A stretch of DNA of 64,000 nucleotides from Candidatus Latescibacterota bacterium (GTDB lineage Bacteria > Latescibacterota > UBA2968 > UBA8231): positions 1,696,001-1,760,000 of the forward strand of contig OZ241362.1 of assembly GCA_965200315.1 (NCBI GenBank). The letters are read 5' to 3'. Shown here piece after piece: positions 47,408 to 56,282 of the stretch. Below the pieces are notes generated by a model. It was not told the DNA's origin. It did not search any database and saw only the letters and a program-made list of their open reading frames with translations. The first letter of the stretch is position 1. Each line of letters opens with the position of its first letter. The translations under genes were made by a program, and so were the position numbers.

Positions 47408-49072
47408 ATGCCAAAAAAAATGACTGCATTTTGGCTTTTGCCATTCGCGCTTTTTACCATGCTCATGGCTTGCACCGTAGAAATGGGAGACCGGGTCGTT
47501 GCTCAGATAGGTGATGAGGAGATAACAGTTGACCAGTTGCGGAAATTTATCGACGGCCTCTCAGGAGATGACAAGGCGGACACCACTAGGGTAAAAGAAG
47601 CGAAGAATCATTTGAACACCATGATCAATATCGAACTGCTGATCATGGAGGCGAAGGCGGCCGATCTCGACAAAAGCCCTGAATTTCGCGCTCGGCTGGA
47701 AAGGGTCCAGCGGGAAAAGTTGATCCGTATTTTCCAAGACAGAGCACTGGAAGTAGAGGAGGAAGTGGAGGAGGACGAAGTACGGGAATACGCTGAACGC
47801 ATGGGGCTCACTCGAGCAGTCAGATTGGCCGATATAATGGTTCCCAACCGCGAAAATGCCTTGGCCGCCCTCCGGGAGCTCAAAAATGGGGTGCCTTTTG
47901 GGCAAGTCGCTCAAAAATGGTCCATAAACAAAAAAACCTCGGCCCAAGGTGGTGACTTAGGCCGTTACACCACCCGGGAATACATGGTCATGCCCCTTCA
48001 GGACAAGCTATTTTCCCTCGCCTTGGGCGAAGTCTCCGATCCCATAAAAATCGGTGAAAATTATTCGATCTTCACAGTCATAGCCGACTCTACCATCGAA
48101 CTCAGTCCTCAGAGGAGATTGGCGATTCAAATGGGACTGAAAAAAGAAAAAAAGCAGCGGGCACTATCGACTCTAGTTGCTGAACTCAAGGAAAAATACC
48201 ACCTCGAATTGGATCGGGAAGGGATCGCGCTCATTGTTGAAAAAGTGCGTGGCGGTGCATCTTTTGCCTCAAAGACGGAACGCAATATAGTTCTCTATAG
48301 GTACGACGGCGGAGAAATAACCGCTCAGGACTTAGCAGATGCTGGCCATGTCCTGAAAGGCAATGCCTTGGCCCAACTCAGTGACTCCAGCCAAGTGATC
48401 GCTTTTGCCGAGCGCCATGTCGTGCCCAATGCAATGCTTGTGGAAGCGGCCCTGCGTACTGGCATAGACGAGGAAGCAGAGACGGTCGAGTGGTTGAAAA
48501 ATCAAGCAAATCAACTCTTGATAAGTGCCCTCAGGGCGCGGCTCCTGAGAGCTAAAGTGACCATCGCCGAAAACGAGTTACGCCAATTTTACAAGGCCCA
48601 TGCGGAAAGATATATGCACCCCGAGCAAATTGAAGTACAAGAGGTTCTGGTAGAGACAGAGGCCGAGGCACTGAGGTTGATGGAGCAGATCCAAAAAGGA
48701 GCCCGATTAGGCGATTTGGCCAATAAGTATTCTATCCGCTCGCTAGAGGAGCAAGATGAAGAGGGCCGATTCCACTTCCACCTTTTCGAAAAGGCCTTTC
48801 TCGGTGGTTTTGTAGAAGTCGCCGAAAAAGCCGAGATAGGAGCACTCACCGGTCCGGCCAAGGTAGATGAGGGTTATTCTATATTTAAGGTGCTTTCTAG
48901 GGAACGCAAGCGAGAGACTTTTCAGGAAGCCGAGTGGAGAGTCCGATCACAACTTAGAAGAGAAAAAAACCGAAAGGCCTTTAATCAGTTTATCGAAGAA
49001 GTGCGGAATAAATACGCATCGAAAGTAGTTATTCGGGAGAATAACCTCAAAGCCGCTTTCGGAGTAGAGTAG
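47408..49072 (+). CDS. Lipoprotein peptidyl-prolyl isomerase/foldase (SurA/PrsA-like, duplicated PpiC modules)
   Basis: Lipobox LMAC; VVAQIGDEEIT; F..VA.KWS......GGDLG and L..LA.KYS; two chaperone-plus-parvulin halves. Confidence 0.85.
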   Translation: MPKKMTAFWLLPFALFTMLMACTVEMGDRVVAQIGDEEITVDQLRKFIDGLSGDDKADTTRVKEAKNHLNTMINIELLIMEAKAADLDKSPEFRARLERVQREKLIRIFQDRALEVEEEVEEDEVREYAERMGLTRAVRLADIMVPNRENALAALRELKNGVPFGQVAQKWSINKKTSAQGGDLGRYTTREYMVMPLQDKLFSLALGEVSDPIKIGENYSIFTVIADSTIELSPQRRLAIQMGLKKEKKQRALSTLVAELKEKYHLELDREGIALIVEKVRGGASFASKTERNIVLYRYDGGEITAQDLADAGHVLKGNALAQLSDSSQVIAFAERHVVPNAMLVEAALRTGIDEEAETVEWLKNQANQLLISALRARLLRAKVTIAENELRQFYKAHAERYMHPEQIEVQEVLVETEAEALRLMEQIQKGARLGDLANKYSIRSLEEQDEEGRFHFHLFEKAFLGGFVEVAEKAEIGALTGPAKVDEGYSIFKVLSRERKRETFQEAEWRVRSQLRREKNRKAFNQFIEEVRNKYASKVVIRENNLKAAFGVE

Positions 49073-49083
49073 GAATCGTAGTC

Positions 49084-50775
49084 CTACTCTACATAGGGGT
49101 TGGCCCCCATCTTCATAAAGGCGTAGGGACCGTTTTGGCGGATTACCAACAGCTTATTAGCCGGTGCCGCTGGCACTATCTGACGGGTACCGTCGGGCCA
49201 AGTGATTTCCACTTCATCTGCTCCTTCCGCCCTACCCAAGCCGAAAAAAATACGCATATCATTGTAGGAGAGATAGCTGGAAACACCATTAGCCGTGCGC
49301 CACTGGGATCGACCGCCGGCCAACAAACGGATTTTGGCACCGACAGCGTCGCGATTGGGACCACGGCCTAGGAGTTGGACCACGAGCCAGTTGTTGACGG
49401 GGGCGAAGTCGTTGCGCAGCAGGGTACTTGCCTGGTCCAAGTTGACGACGAAAATGTCTATATCGCCGTCGTTGTCGTAGTCGCCGAAACTGGCACCGCG
49501 GCTGACTCTTTTAAGAGTCATTCCCGGGCCAGCCATATCCCTTATATCGATTAAACGGTTGCCGCCGTCATTGCGGATCAATTGGTTGCGCTGGGGGTAG
49601 GAAGTGCCCGCAATAGTGCTAGCCGCCTGCGGATAGACATGGCCATTAGCGACGAATAGATCCAAGTCGCTATCCTTGTCATAGTCGAAAAATTGGGTCC
49701 CCCACCCCAGCATCCCAAGCGTGGGTTCTTCTAGACCGACCTGGGTCGTTATATCTTTGAAATGGCCCTGTCCGTCGTTGAGATAGAAGGTATTACTCTC
49801 GCGAAAAAAATGGGTTATATAGAGATCGAGGTCACCGTCGGCGTCATAGTCTCCACCGCTGACCCCCATACCCGCCTCTTCCTCGCCGTATTCGTTATAC
49901 GCGATGCCTGCTTTGAGGCCAATTTCGCTAAAGGTGCCATCGCGGTTGTTGTCGAAGAGCACATTGGGAGTTGCGTCATTGGCCACAAAGAGATCGGTGT
50001 CGCCATCGTTGTCGAAGTCTTCGGGCAGTACACCCAACCCGTAGTAGTGGTTAGCCCAAGAAATGCCCGAGGGACGGGTGACGTCGGTGAAGGTATCGTC
50101 CCCATTGTTGCGGTAGAACCGGTCAGCAGCTCCAGGTAGGCCCTGGGGACCGCAGAAAATCTCGATTCCTTCGTAGGTGCATATCTTATCTGGGGGGGCA
50201 TCAAAATCGTAGACGAGATAATTGGCGACGTATAAATCGAGATCGCCATCGCCATCGTAATCAAAAAAAGCGGCACTGGAGCTATAATCGTTCCCTGCTA
50301 CTCCAGCGGAAATGTCCACAAAGGTGCCGTTGGCTTGGTTGCGGTAGAGAACATTGGGACCATAATTGGTCACGTAAAGGTCGCGGTACCCATCGCCGTC
50401 GATGTCGCCCACAGTGCAGCCCATGCCCCAACTGCGGTCCCCAACGCCGGCAAGTAAAGTCACATCAGCAAAGGTGCCGTTGGCTTGGTTGCGGTAGAGA
50501 ACATTGCCCGGGCCGGATCTTTGCCGGTAGGTATTGACAGCGGCACCGTTGACAGCATATAGGTCAAGGGCACCATCGTTATCGTAGTCAAAGAAAGCAG
50601 CACCGCCGCCGGAGGTTTCGACAATGTGCTTTTTTTTAGATCCGCCGGCCACATGTTGGAAGGCGATACGCGCTTCCTTTGTTTGGTTGGTGAATTGGGG
50701 TAGAACAGATTTCGGCAGCAGCACGGCCAACGCTAGGGCAAAGGCAAGGACTCGACGGTAATAAAAAAAGTCCAT
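49084..50775 (-). CDS. CRTAC1-family FG-GAP repeat / ASPIC-UnbV protein
   Basis: FFDYDNDG.LDLY, GMGCTVGD.DGDG, SRGASFGDYDNDGDID, NRDAVGA...FGLG...TWPDG. Confidence 0.92.
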   Translation of the reverse strand: MDFFYYRRVLAFALALAVLLPKSVLPQFTNQTKEARIAFQHVAGGSKKKHIVETSGGGAAFFDYDNDGALDLYAVNGAAVNTYRQRSGPGNVLYRNQANGTFADVTLLAGVGDRSWGMGCTVGDIDGDGYRDLYVTNYGPNVLYRNQANGTFVDISAGVAGNDYSSSAAFFDYDGDGDLDLYVANYLVYDFDAPPDKICTYEGIEIFCGPQGLPGAADRFYRNNGDDTFTDVTRPSGISWANHYYGLGVLPEDFDNDGDTDLFVANDATPNVLFDNNRDGTFSEIGLKAGIAYNEYGEEEAGMGVSGGDYDADGDLDLYITHFFRESNTFYLNDGQGHFKDITTQVGLEEPTLGMLGWGTQFFDYDKDSDLDLFVANGHVYPQAASTIAGTSYPQRNQLIRNDGGNRLIDIRDMAGPGMTLKRVSRGASFGDYDNDGDIDIFVVNLDQASTLLRNDFAPVNNWLVVQLLGRGPNRDAVGAKIRLLAGGRSQWRTANGVSSYLSYNDMRIFFGLGRAEGADEVEITWPDGTRQIVPAAPANKLLVIRQNGPYAFMKMGANPYVE

Positions 50776-50899
50776 ACACTCATCGCTGTAGAAGTAAACT
50801 AAGCAGAGAATGGTAGCAATTATAGAAATTACCCTTTGCTACGGCAAGGACAGAGAATCCGTTGCACGCTGTCGTCATTCATGGATATGGAGGTGTGGA

Positions 50900-51694
50900 A
50901 TGAGGCAGATTTTTGCCGCCCTAATGATGGGTATCACGTGTGCGGCGATGGGGCGATCTGAGAACATTGTTGTAGAACTTCGCGACGGAGTCGCGATGGA
51001 ATTTGTGTGGATCGAGCCAGGTACTTTTCTGATGGGATCGCCAGCTTCAGCCTCTACACGGGGCGAAGACGAAGTTCCACAGCACGAAGTCTCGATCAGT
51101 AAGGGATTTTACTTGGGTAAATTTGAGATTACCCAAGCCCAATGGGTCGCGGTGATGGGAACCGCGCCGTGGACCCGGCGCAAGTACGTACAGGCCGCGC
51201 CGAATCATCCGGCAGTCTATATCTCGTGGATCGATATGCAGGAATTCCGCCGCCGCTTGAACCAAGCCGCCGATAGAGATTTGTACCGCCTACCCACCGA
51301 AGCCGAGTGGGAATACGCCTGCCGGGCCGGAACCTCGACGAGCCGTTCCTTTGGGGACGACGAAAGCCAGTTGGGCGACTATGCATGGTACCTAGAAAAC
51401 GTGAGTGAAGCGGCGGAGAAATTTGCCCAGCCAGTAGGTTCAAAACAGCCAAATCCCTGGGGCCTATACGATATGCACGGTAATGTATGGGAGTGGGTGC
51501 AAGACTGGTACAGCAACGCCTATTCAAGCGCCAAACAAGTGGACCCTACTGGAGCTGCTTCGGGAACTGCTCGCGTTATGCGCGGCGGCAGCTTTGTCAA
51601 TCACGCACGCAACGTGCGGTCGGCCAAACGCTTCAGCTTTGATCCATCGCTCCGCTACTGTGCTATTGGAGCGCGCCTAGTGATGACAAAATAA
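50900..51694 (+). CDS. SUMF1/FGE-sulfatase-fold protein lacking the catalytic cysteines
   Basis: F.MGS, E.PQH.V, RLPTEAEWEYACRAG, PNPWGLYDMHGNVWEW, RGGSF; ATG 50900 after GGAGG. Confidence 0.9.
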   Translation: MRQIFAALMMGITCAAMGRSENIVVELRDGVAMEFVWIEPGTFLMGSPASASTRGEDEVPQHEVSISKGFYLGKFEITQAQWVAVMGTAPWTRRKYVQAAPNHPAVYISWIDMQEFRRRLNQAADRDLYRLPTEAEWEYACRAGTSTSRSFGDDESQLGDYAWYLENVSEAAEKFAQPVGSKQPNPWGLYDMHGNVWEWVQDWYSNAYSSAKQVDPTGAASGTARVMRGGSFVNHARNVRSAKRFSFDPSLRYCAIGARLVMTK

Positions 51695-51769
51695 ACGGCC
51701 TCTCTTTGTCGCTCAAACGACTTATTCGACGCCAATCTAACTGTCGGCATGGTAGCCCATACGCGCCAC

Positions 51770-54037
51770 TCAGTAAGGAATCCTTTGAACTTCCTCTGGA
51801 TCGTAAAACAAATACTCCAAGTCGTTGTGCTGATCGCTGAGTACGCGCCCCGATCCGAGGCGGCGTAATTCGACGTCATTGCGGATCACGCGGGCAACTA
51901 GCGCAGAGGGAGTTGAGAGACCGATCCGCAAGAGATCAGTCCTAACCCTGTCGGATTGATAGAAGCGTTCGGACAGTTGCTCGAAACGGACCGGTGAGCG
52001 GCTGCCCAGCAAGATCAGGTGTTGACCTGCCCCCTCGAACAACAGACTGTAGGGAAACACCGCGACGAAGGTTCTGGTCACCAGTTCAATCGCGTCGTTG
52101 GGCAACTGGCCGATAGGTAGCCATTGGCTCATCAATCCATCCGGGCTCAGATGCGCAAGAACCTGCTCGTAGTACTCCCGTGAATACAGGCGATACACTC
52201 CCCCGGCCATGGGCGGCGGCGGTTCACTGGTGATCAAGTCGTACGTCTCGTTGCTCAGCGCGAGGAAGTTGCGCCCGTCGTCGTTGATCATCCGCAGCCG
52301 TGGATCCAAATGTACGAAGCCGTGATGCTCGGCAAAGGCCGGTGCCATCTTAAATACGTTCTCGTTGAGATCGACGGCGTCAATCCGTGTGATGCTCTCG
52401 TGAGCGGCGATAGCCGAGGCGGTGTTGCCGACGCCGAAACAAATCAGCAGGACTTTCTCTGGATGAGGATGGGCGAGCAAGGGAAAGTGCGCCATCAGAC
52501 GCATATACTGCTGGGATCGCGGCGATGTGCCCGACATGGACAGACGGCCGAAGAAAAGCTTCATATTGTTGTTCGGAAGCCCGAGGAAATACGTAGTATG
52601 GGCGGCATTGCTCCTCACGCCTTGGGCCGCAACAGTGTTGGGCCACATCAAGGGCGTAAAAAAATTGCGGTCGAATCTTCTTGGCGTGGCAATACAGGCG
52701 ATGGCGACAAAGGCCACCAAGACAGCGATCTGCCACGCTTTTATGGGACGGAATTCCGAAATGCACGCTAGAGCAATCGCAGCGAGTGCCATGAAGGTCA
52801 GGAAGAGCTTCAACGAATAGAAGATATTCAGGCGGGGTGCCACCAGCGTGAAGGCGATTAGGCCGAGACAGAACCCCACCGTATTCAGACCATAGGCTAA
52901 CCCCAAGTGTTTCCCTATGCCCTGCAGTCGATTGCAGACATAGGGCAAGAGCAGAGAGATTAACAAGTACGAAGGCAGTACATAGATGCCAGTATAAATG
53001 AAGAGCTGGGAGAGACTCACGGGGAAGTGATGTACGCCATGCACGTCCGGTGGGTTGCTCACCAAGTAGGTCAGCTCGTCGCTAAACCACCAGAGCGCAA
53101 AATAGTAGAGCGCGGCGAAACTGTACGCGCCCTTGATATGAGCGAGCTGGATGCGCTCGACGTGCCGCACGATAATGCTGGCCAAAAAAATGCCCAGCAC
53201 TGCCCAGAAGGAGATAAACGACATGGTCGCCCCAGGGCTAAGCACGACAATGAAGTCGATTCGCTTGAACATATCGCCTTCAAGTGCTCCGGCGAGCAAG
53301 CCGCTCAGCGCGGCACAAGCAATGAGGGCACTTCCCGCCCTAGGTGGCACCCCAGCACTTGGGAATGCTGCGCAGGTAGTGTCTGCCGCTTCGTCGCTAT
53401 CGGGTGTGCCGCCGCTGGCTAGGAAGTATAATCCTAGCAGTATGTTCAAGCTAGTCATCAACCAGAAGGTTGGCTCGTGCCCGATCTCCGGTATCAGGAT
53501 GAACTGGCAAGCGAGTACGCCGGCACACGCACCCATAGTGTTCCACGCGTACAGAGTGGAGGGGAGGTGCCCGTTGCTCGGTATTGAGCGGCGGAAAAAG
53601 TCGCACAGCAAGGGGAAGGTCATTCCCATGAACAGACAAGGAATGAAGAGGCTGACCGTGGCGATAGCTACTTGGGCTATCCGGTAGCGAATCGTCTGGA
53701 CCCAGATCCCATCGTCTAGATGATACGGGAAAGAACCCCAGAGGTCCGTCGGCAGATATTCGGCCGCTACGGTCACAAGGGCCGATACCCCGACTAGAAG
53801 TTCTATCAGCCCGTACAAACGCAGTTTGTCCCCGATGCCGGTCCGACCGGCCAGCAGCCGGGTGATTCGTTGGCTCAAGAGCGCGCCGCAGCCCAAGCCC
53901 CCGATGAAGTTGCACACCACTAGGGCGAAGGTGAGGTTGGTCGAGCCAAACCAATCGACAAAAATGCGGAACCACGCTACTTGGTAGCCGAGGCTGACGA
54001 AGCCCGAAAGGGCATACAAGGGAAAGACGCGTCGCAA
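51770..54037 (-). CDS. Fused membrane (MFS-like) / spermidine-synthase-like SAM-dependent protein
   Basis: SGFVSLGYQVAW.R, LYAWNT.GA..G and many TM helices; C-terminal DDGRNFL, YDLITSEPPPP, LYSREYY, QWLP. Confidence 0.85.
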   Translation of the reverse strand: MRRVFPLYALSGFVSLGYQVAWFRIFVDWFGSTNLTFALVVCNFIGGLGCGALLSQRITRLLAGRTGIGDKLRLYGLIELLVGVSALVTVAAEYLPTDLWGSFPYHLDDGIWVQTIRYRIAQVAIATVSLFIPCLFMGMTFPLLCDFFRRSIPSNGHLPSTLYAWNTMGACAGVLACQFILIPEIGHEPTFWLMTSLNILLGLYFLASGGTPDSDEAADTTCAAFPSAGVPPRAGSALIACAALSGLLAGALEGDMFKRIDFIVVLSPGATMSFISFWAVLGIFLASIIVRHVERIQLAHIKGAYSFAALYYFALWWFSDELTYLVSNPPDVHGVHHFPVSLSQLFIYTGIYVLPSYLLISLLLPYVCNRLQGIGKHLGLAYGLNTVGFCLGLIAFTLVAPRLNIFYSLKLFLTFMALAAIALACISEFRPIKAWQIAVLVAFVAIACIATPRRFDRNFFTPLMWPNTVAAQGVRSNAAHTTYFLGLPNNNMKLFFGRLSMSGTSPRSQQYMRLMAHFPLLAHPHPEKVLLICFGVGNTASAIAAHESITRIDAVDLNENVFKMAPAFAEHHGFVHLDPRLRMINDDGRNFLALSNETYDLITSEPPPPMAGGVYRLYSREYYEQVLAHLSPDGLMSQWLPIGQLPNDAIELVTRTFVAVFPYSLLFEGAGQHLILLGSRSPVRFEQLSERFYQSDRVRTDLLRIGLSTPSALVARVIRNDVELRRLGSGRVLSDQHNDLEYLFYDPEEVQRIPY

Positions 54038-54114
54038 AGAGAGTTATACCTTGTATTCTATAATCCCTATAACAAAACGTCTTCCCAGCACATAAGCGCT
54101 AGCTCCGGGGCTTA

Positions 54115-55392
54115 TTAACCGCGCAGGTATTCGTCCGGTTTGGCTGCATTGGGTGGCCAGTATCCGTCCCGCGATTGACGCCATTGTGTGCCGCACAGGC
54201 CGCTGATCACACTCCACTCGGACGGACTGGGGTCCGGGTCTGGGTGGAAGAGAAAACGCTGGGCACCAGCGGCCTGCGAAGCTTTGAGAATGCCGGCCAA
54301 GTCGCGGGCTGGCATGGCGTCTCCGGCGTGCGGGGAGCGGCCAGTGGACACCCAAAAGATGGTTTTGTCGACGTCTTTGATGGCCTCTAGGGCGCGCCGC
54401 GTTTCGCTGTACACAACTTCTGAGAAGAATTCGTCGGAAAAACCCATCTCCATATCCAGCAGCGACTCGACATGGGGCAGGCGCAGGCCGAACAGCGATT
54501 CGACCAGCAGGAAGCAATCGGCCTCGGTCAGGGAGGGGTTCCACTCGGCGAACTTTTGCACCCAGCGGGCAATGGTGCCGTACATGCCGTCGAAGCCGCG
54601 ATGCCAGTAGTAGTGCTTGGGAAAGATGTAGTCGAAGTGCGGCGGCATCTGCTGGTAATCTTGGCCGGTCAGGGCGGAAAAAGTAGTAATGCGCGGAATG
54701 CCGCCTAGTTCGACATAGCGATTCACTCCGTCCAAGTCGGCGCGGGCCCGCTCCCAAGAACGCCGCGACCTTTCCCCTCGCGCCCGCAACCAGTAGAGGG
54801 CGTCTTCGTTGATGTCAAAAAGATTCAGACCGGCTAAAGTCCCGCCTGGGGCCCAATAACGCACGAGATCGGGGGTCAGGTTGTGGAAACGCTGGCGCAG
54901 ATGGGCAATGCCGCGCTCTAGCCGGTCGACGGCAAAGCCCAAGTTGGCGAACTCGCGACGTTCGCCATCGCGCAATTCAAAGAGTTCGCCGCCGTGATGC
55001 CAAGCCAGTTCGTAGTGGTTCTCGCCAGGTCCGTCGATGATCACTCCGTTGACCTGGGGATAGCGGTTTATCAAGCTCTGCACGTGGGCCGTGGTGCCGC
55101 TGTCGAATACCATGATATGCCAGCCGCGCCCGGCGGCGTCATCCAGCATTGCACTTAGTCCCCGCTCCTTTTCCAGATTGCGGGGCTGCTCCTCGGGCGC
55201 TTCTAGGCCCAAGTCAGCGTAGGCTTGGGGATCTTGGGGAAAGGCGGGGATTTGGCCGCCGTCGTCCTCCATAAAAAACATGCGCCCTACTACAATACCG
55301 CGCACTCCGGCCTCTTCCCAAGCGTCGAAGATGTGCTTGTAGTTGGCCATGTAGCGTTCGAGCGGATTGAAAACGAAAATCCAGCATTGCAT
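54115..55392 (-). CDS. Conserved hypothetical protein, possibly TIM-barrel
   Basis: 425-aa ORF with RBS AGGAG; motifs IIDGPGE, FPKHYYWHRGFDG and GRSPHAGD; last gene of the minus-strand operon. Confidence 0.7.
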   Translation of the reverse strand: MQCWIFVFNPLERYMANYKHIFDAWEEAGVRGIVVGRMFFMEDDGGQIPAFPQDPQAYADLGLEAPEEQPRNLEKERGLSAMLDDAAGRGWHIMVFDSGTTAHVQSLINRYPQVNGVIIDGPGENHYELAWHHGGELFELRDGERREFANLGFAVDRLERGIAHLRQRFHNLTPDLVRYWAPGGTLAGLNLFDINEDALYWLRARGERSRRSWERARADLDGVNRYVELGGIPRITTFSALTGQDYQQMPPHFDYIFPKHYYWHRGFDGMYGTIARWVQKFAEWNPSLTEADCFLLVESLFGLRLPHVESLLDMEMGFSDEFFSEVVYSETRRALEAIKDVDKTIFWVSTGRSPHAGDAMPARDLAGILKASQAAGAQRFLFHPDPDPSPSEWSVISGLCGTQWRQSRDGYWPPNAAKPDEYLRG

Positions 55393-55450
55393 CGTCCGAT
55401 CTCCTAGGTTAAAGAGCTATCTCTGGCCGGTCCGGGACTGAACGACCTCC

Positions 55451-56263
55451 TTATTTCGGCTTGTAAAGCCGCGACCCCTTGTCTTCTCCCCGGTACTGCG
55501 GCGGCGTGACCACCGCCTGCTGCTCCTCCGTCAACTCGGCGTAAAAGTCCGGCGGTGTGTAGGTCCCCATCAGCGATTCGGCTTGGACGCCGTGGTTATA
55601 GCGCAAAATCACCGAGCGCCGCTGGTGTTTGGCCGTCCACGGTAAGGCCCCGTGCATCAGCGTCTCGACAAAAAGGATCGCGTCGCCCGCTTGGGCCGGG
55701 ATCTGCGCGATGCGATCTTGGTGCGCCTCGTACAGTCGGATCTCGTCTGGGCAGGGATAGTTGGCCTTATGGCTGCCGGGCAAACAGGCGAAACCCCCAT
55801 CCTCCGGCCCCACATCCGCCAACTGCACGGCGATGTTGGTCATCCCGCAAAACATCCGGCCATTGCGGTAGAGGAACCCCCGCGAGCGGTCGAGCGGCTC
55901 GCCGCCCTCGTGGAACCAGAAGCCTTCGGCCCCCTCGTCCATGGTGATAATCCCTAGGCCCTCCAAGCGAAAACCCGGCCCCAGCAATTCTTCGAGATAA
56001 GGCTTGAACCGCACGTGGGCGATCATCGCCCTAAATGGATCGCAATGCGGTTTGTCCCACGTCAGCATCCCACCCAAATCGCCGCGTCCCTGCGTGCCCT
56101 TGAGCGTCTCCGACTCGTGGGCTAGGTCATTGGGGCGGATGCCGATTTGATCGGTGTGGTGATCAATCGCCGCATTGGCCGCTGCCACCTCCTCCGACGA
56201 GAGTGCCCCCTCGATCACCAGATAGCCGTGTACTTCAAAGAGATACTTTTCCGTTGCGTCCAT
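55451..56263 (-). CDS. PhyH-family Fe(II)/2OG enzyme with H-x-G in place of H-x-D
   Basis: EKYLFEVHGYLV, WFHEGG, GGFACLPGSHKAN, HGALPW and RRS; ATG 56263. Confidence 0.85.
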   Translation of the reverse strand: MDATEKYLFEVHGYLVIEGALSSEEVAAANAAIDHHTDQIGIRPNDLAHESETLKGTQGRGDLGGMLTWDKPHCDPFRAMIAHVRFKPYLEELLGPGFRLEGLGIITMDEGAEGFWFHEGGEPLDRSRGFLYRNGRMFCGMTNIAVQLADVGPEDGGFACLPGSHKANYPCPDEIRLYEAHQDRIAQIPAQAGDAILFVETLMHGALPWTAKHQRRSVILRYNHGVQAESLMGTYTPPDFYAELTEEQQAVVTPPQYRGEDKGSRLYKPK

Positions 56264-56282
56264 CGTCAACCTCAGTCTCCAG

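Noticed and set aside
35691-50506. CRISPR array or DGR template/variable repeats
   Set aside because: The repeats are in-frame coding segments without regular spacers or adenine-specific mismatches, and there is no cas or reverse transcriptase gene.
31350-50775. Enediyne biosynthetic cluster, because of the UnbV domains
   Set aside because: There is no PKS, thioesterase or other enediyne cassette gene, and ASPIC-UnbV proteins are widespread outside such clusters.
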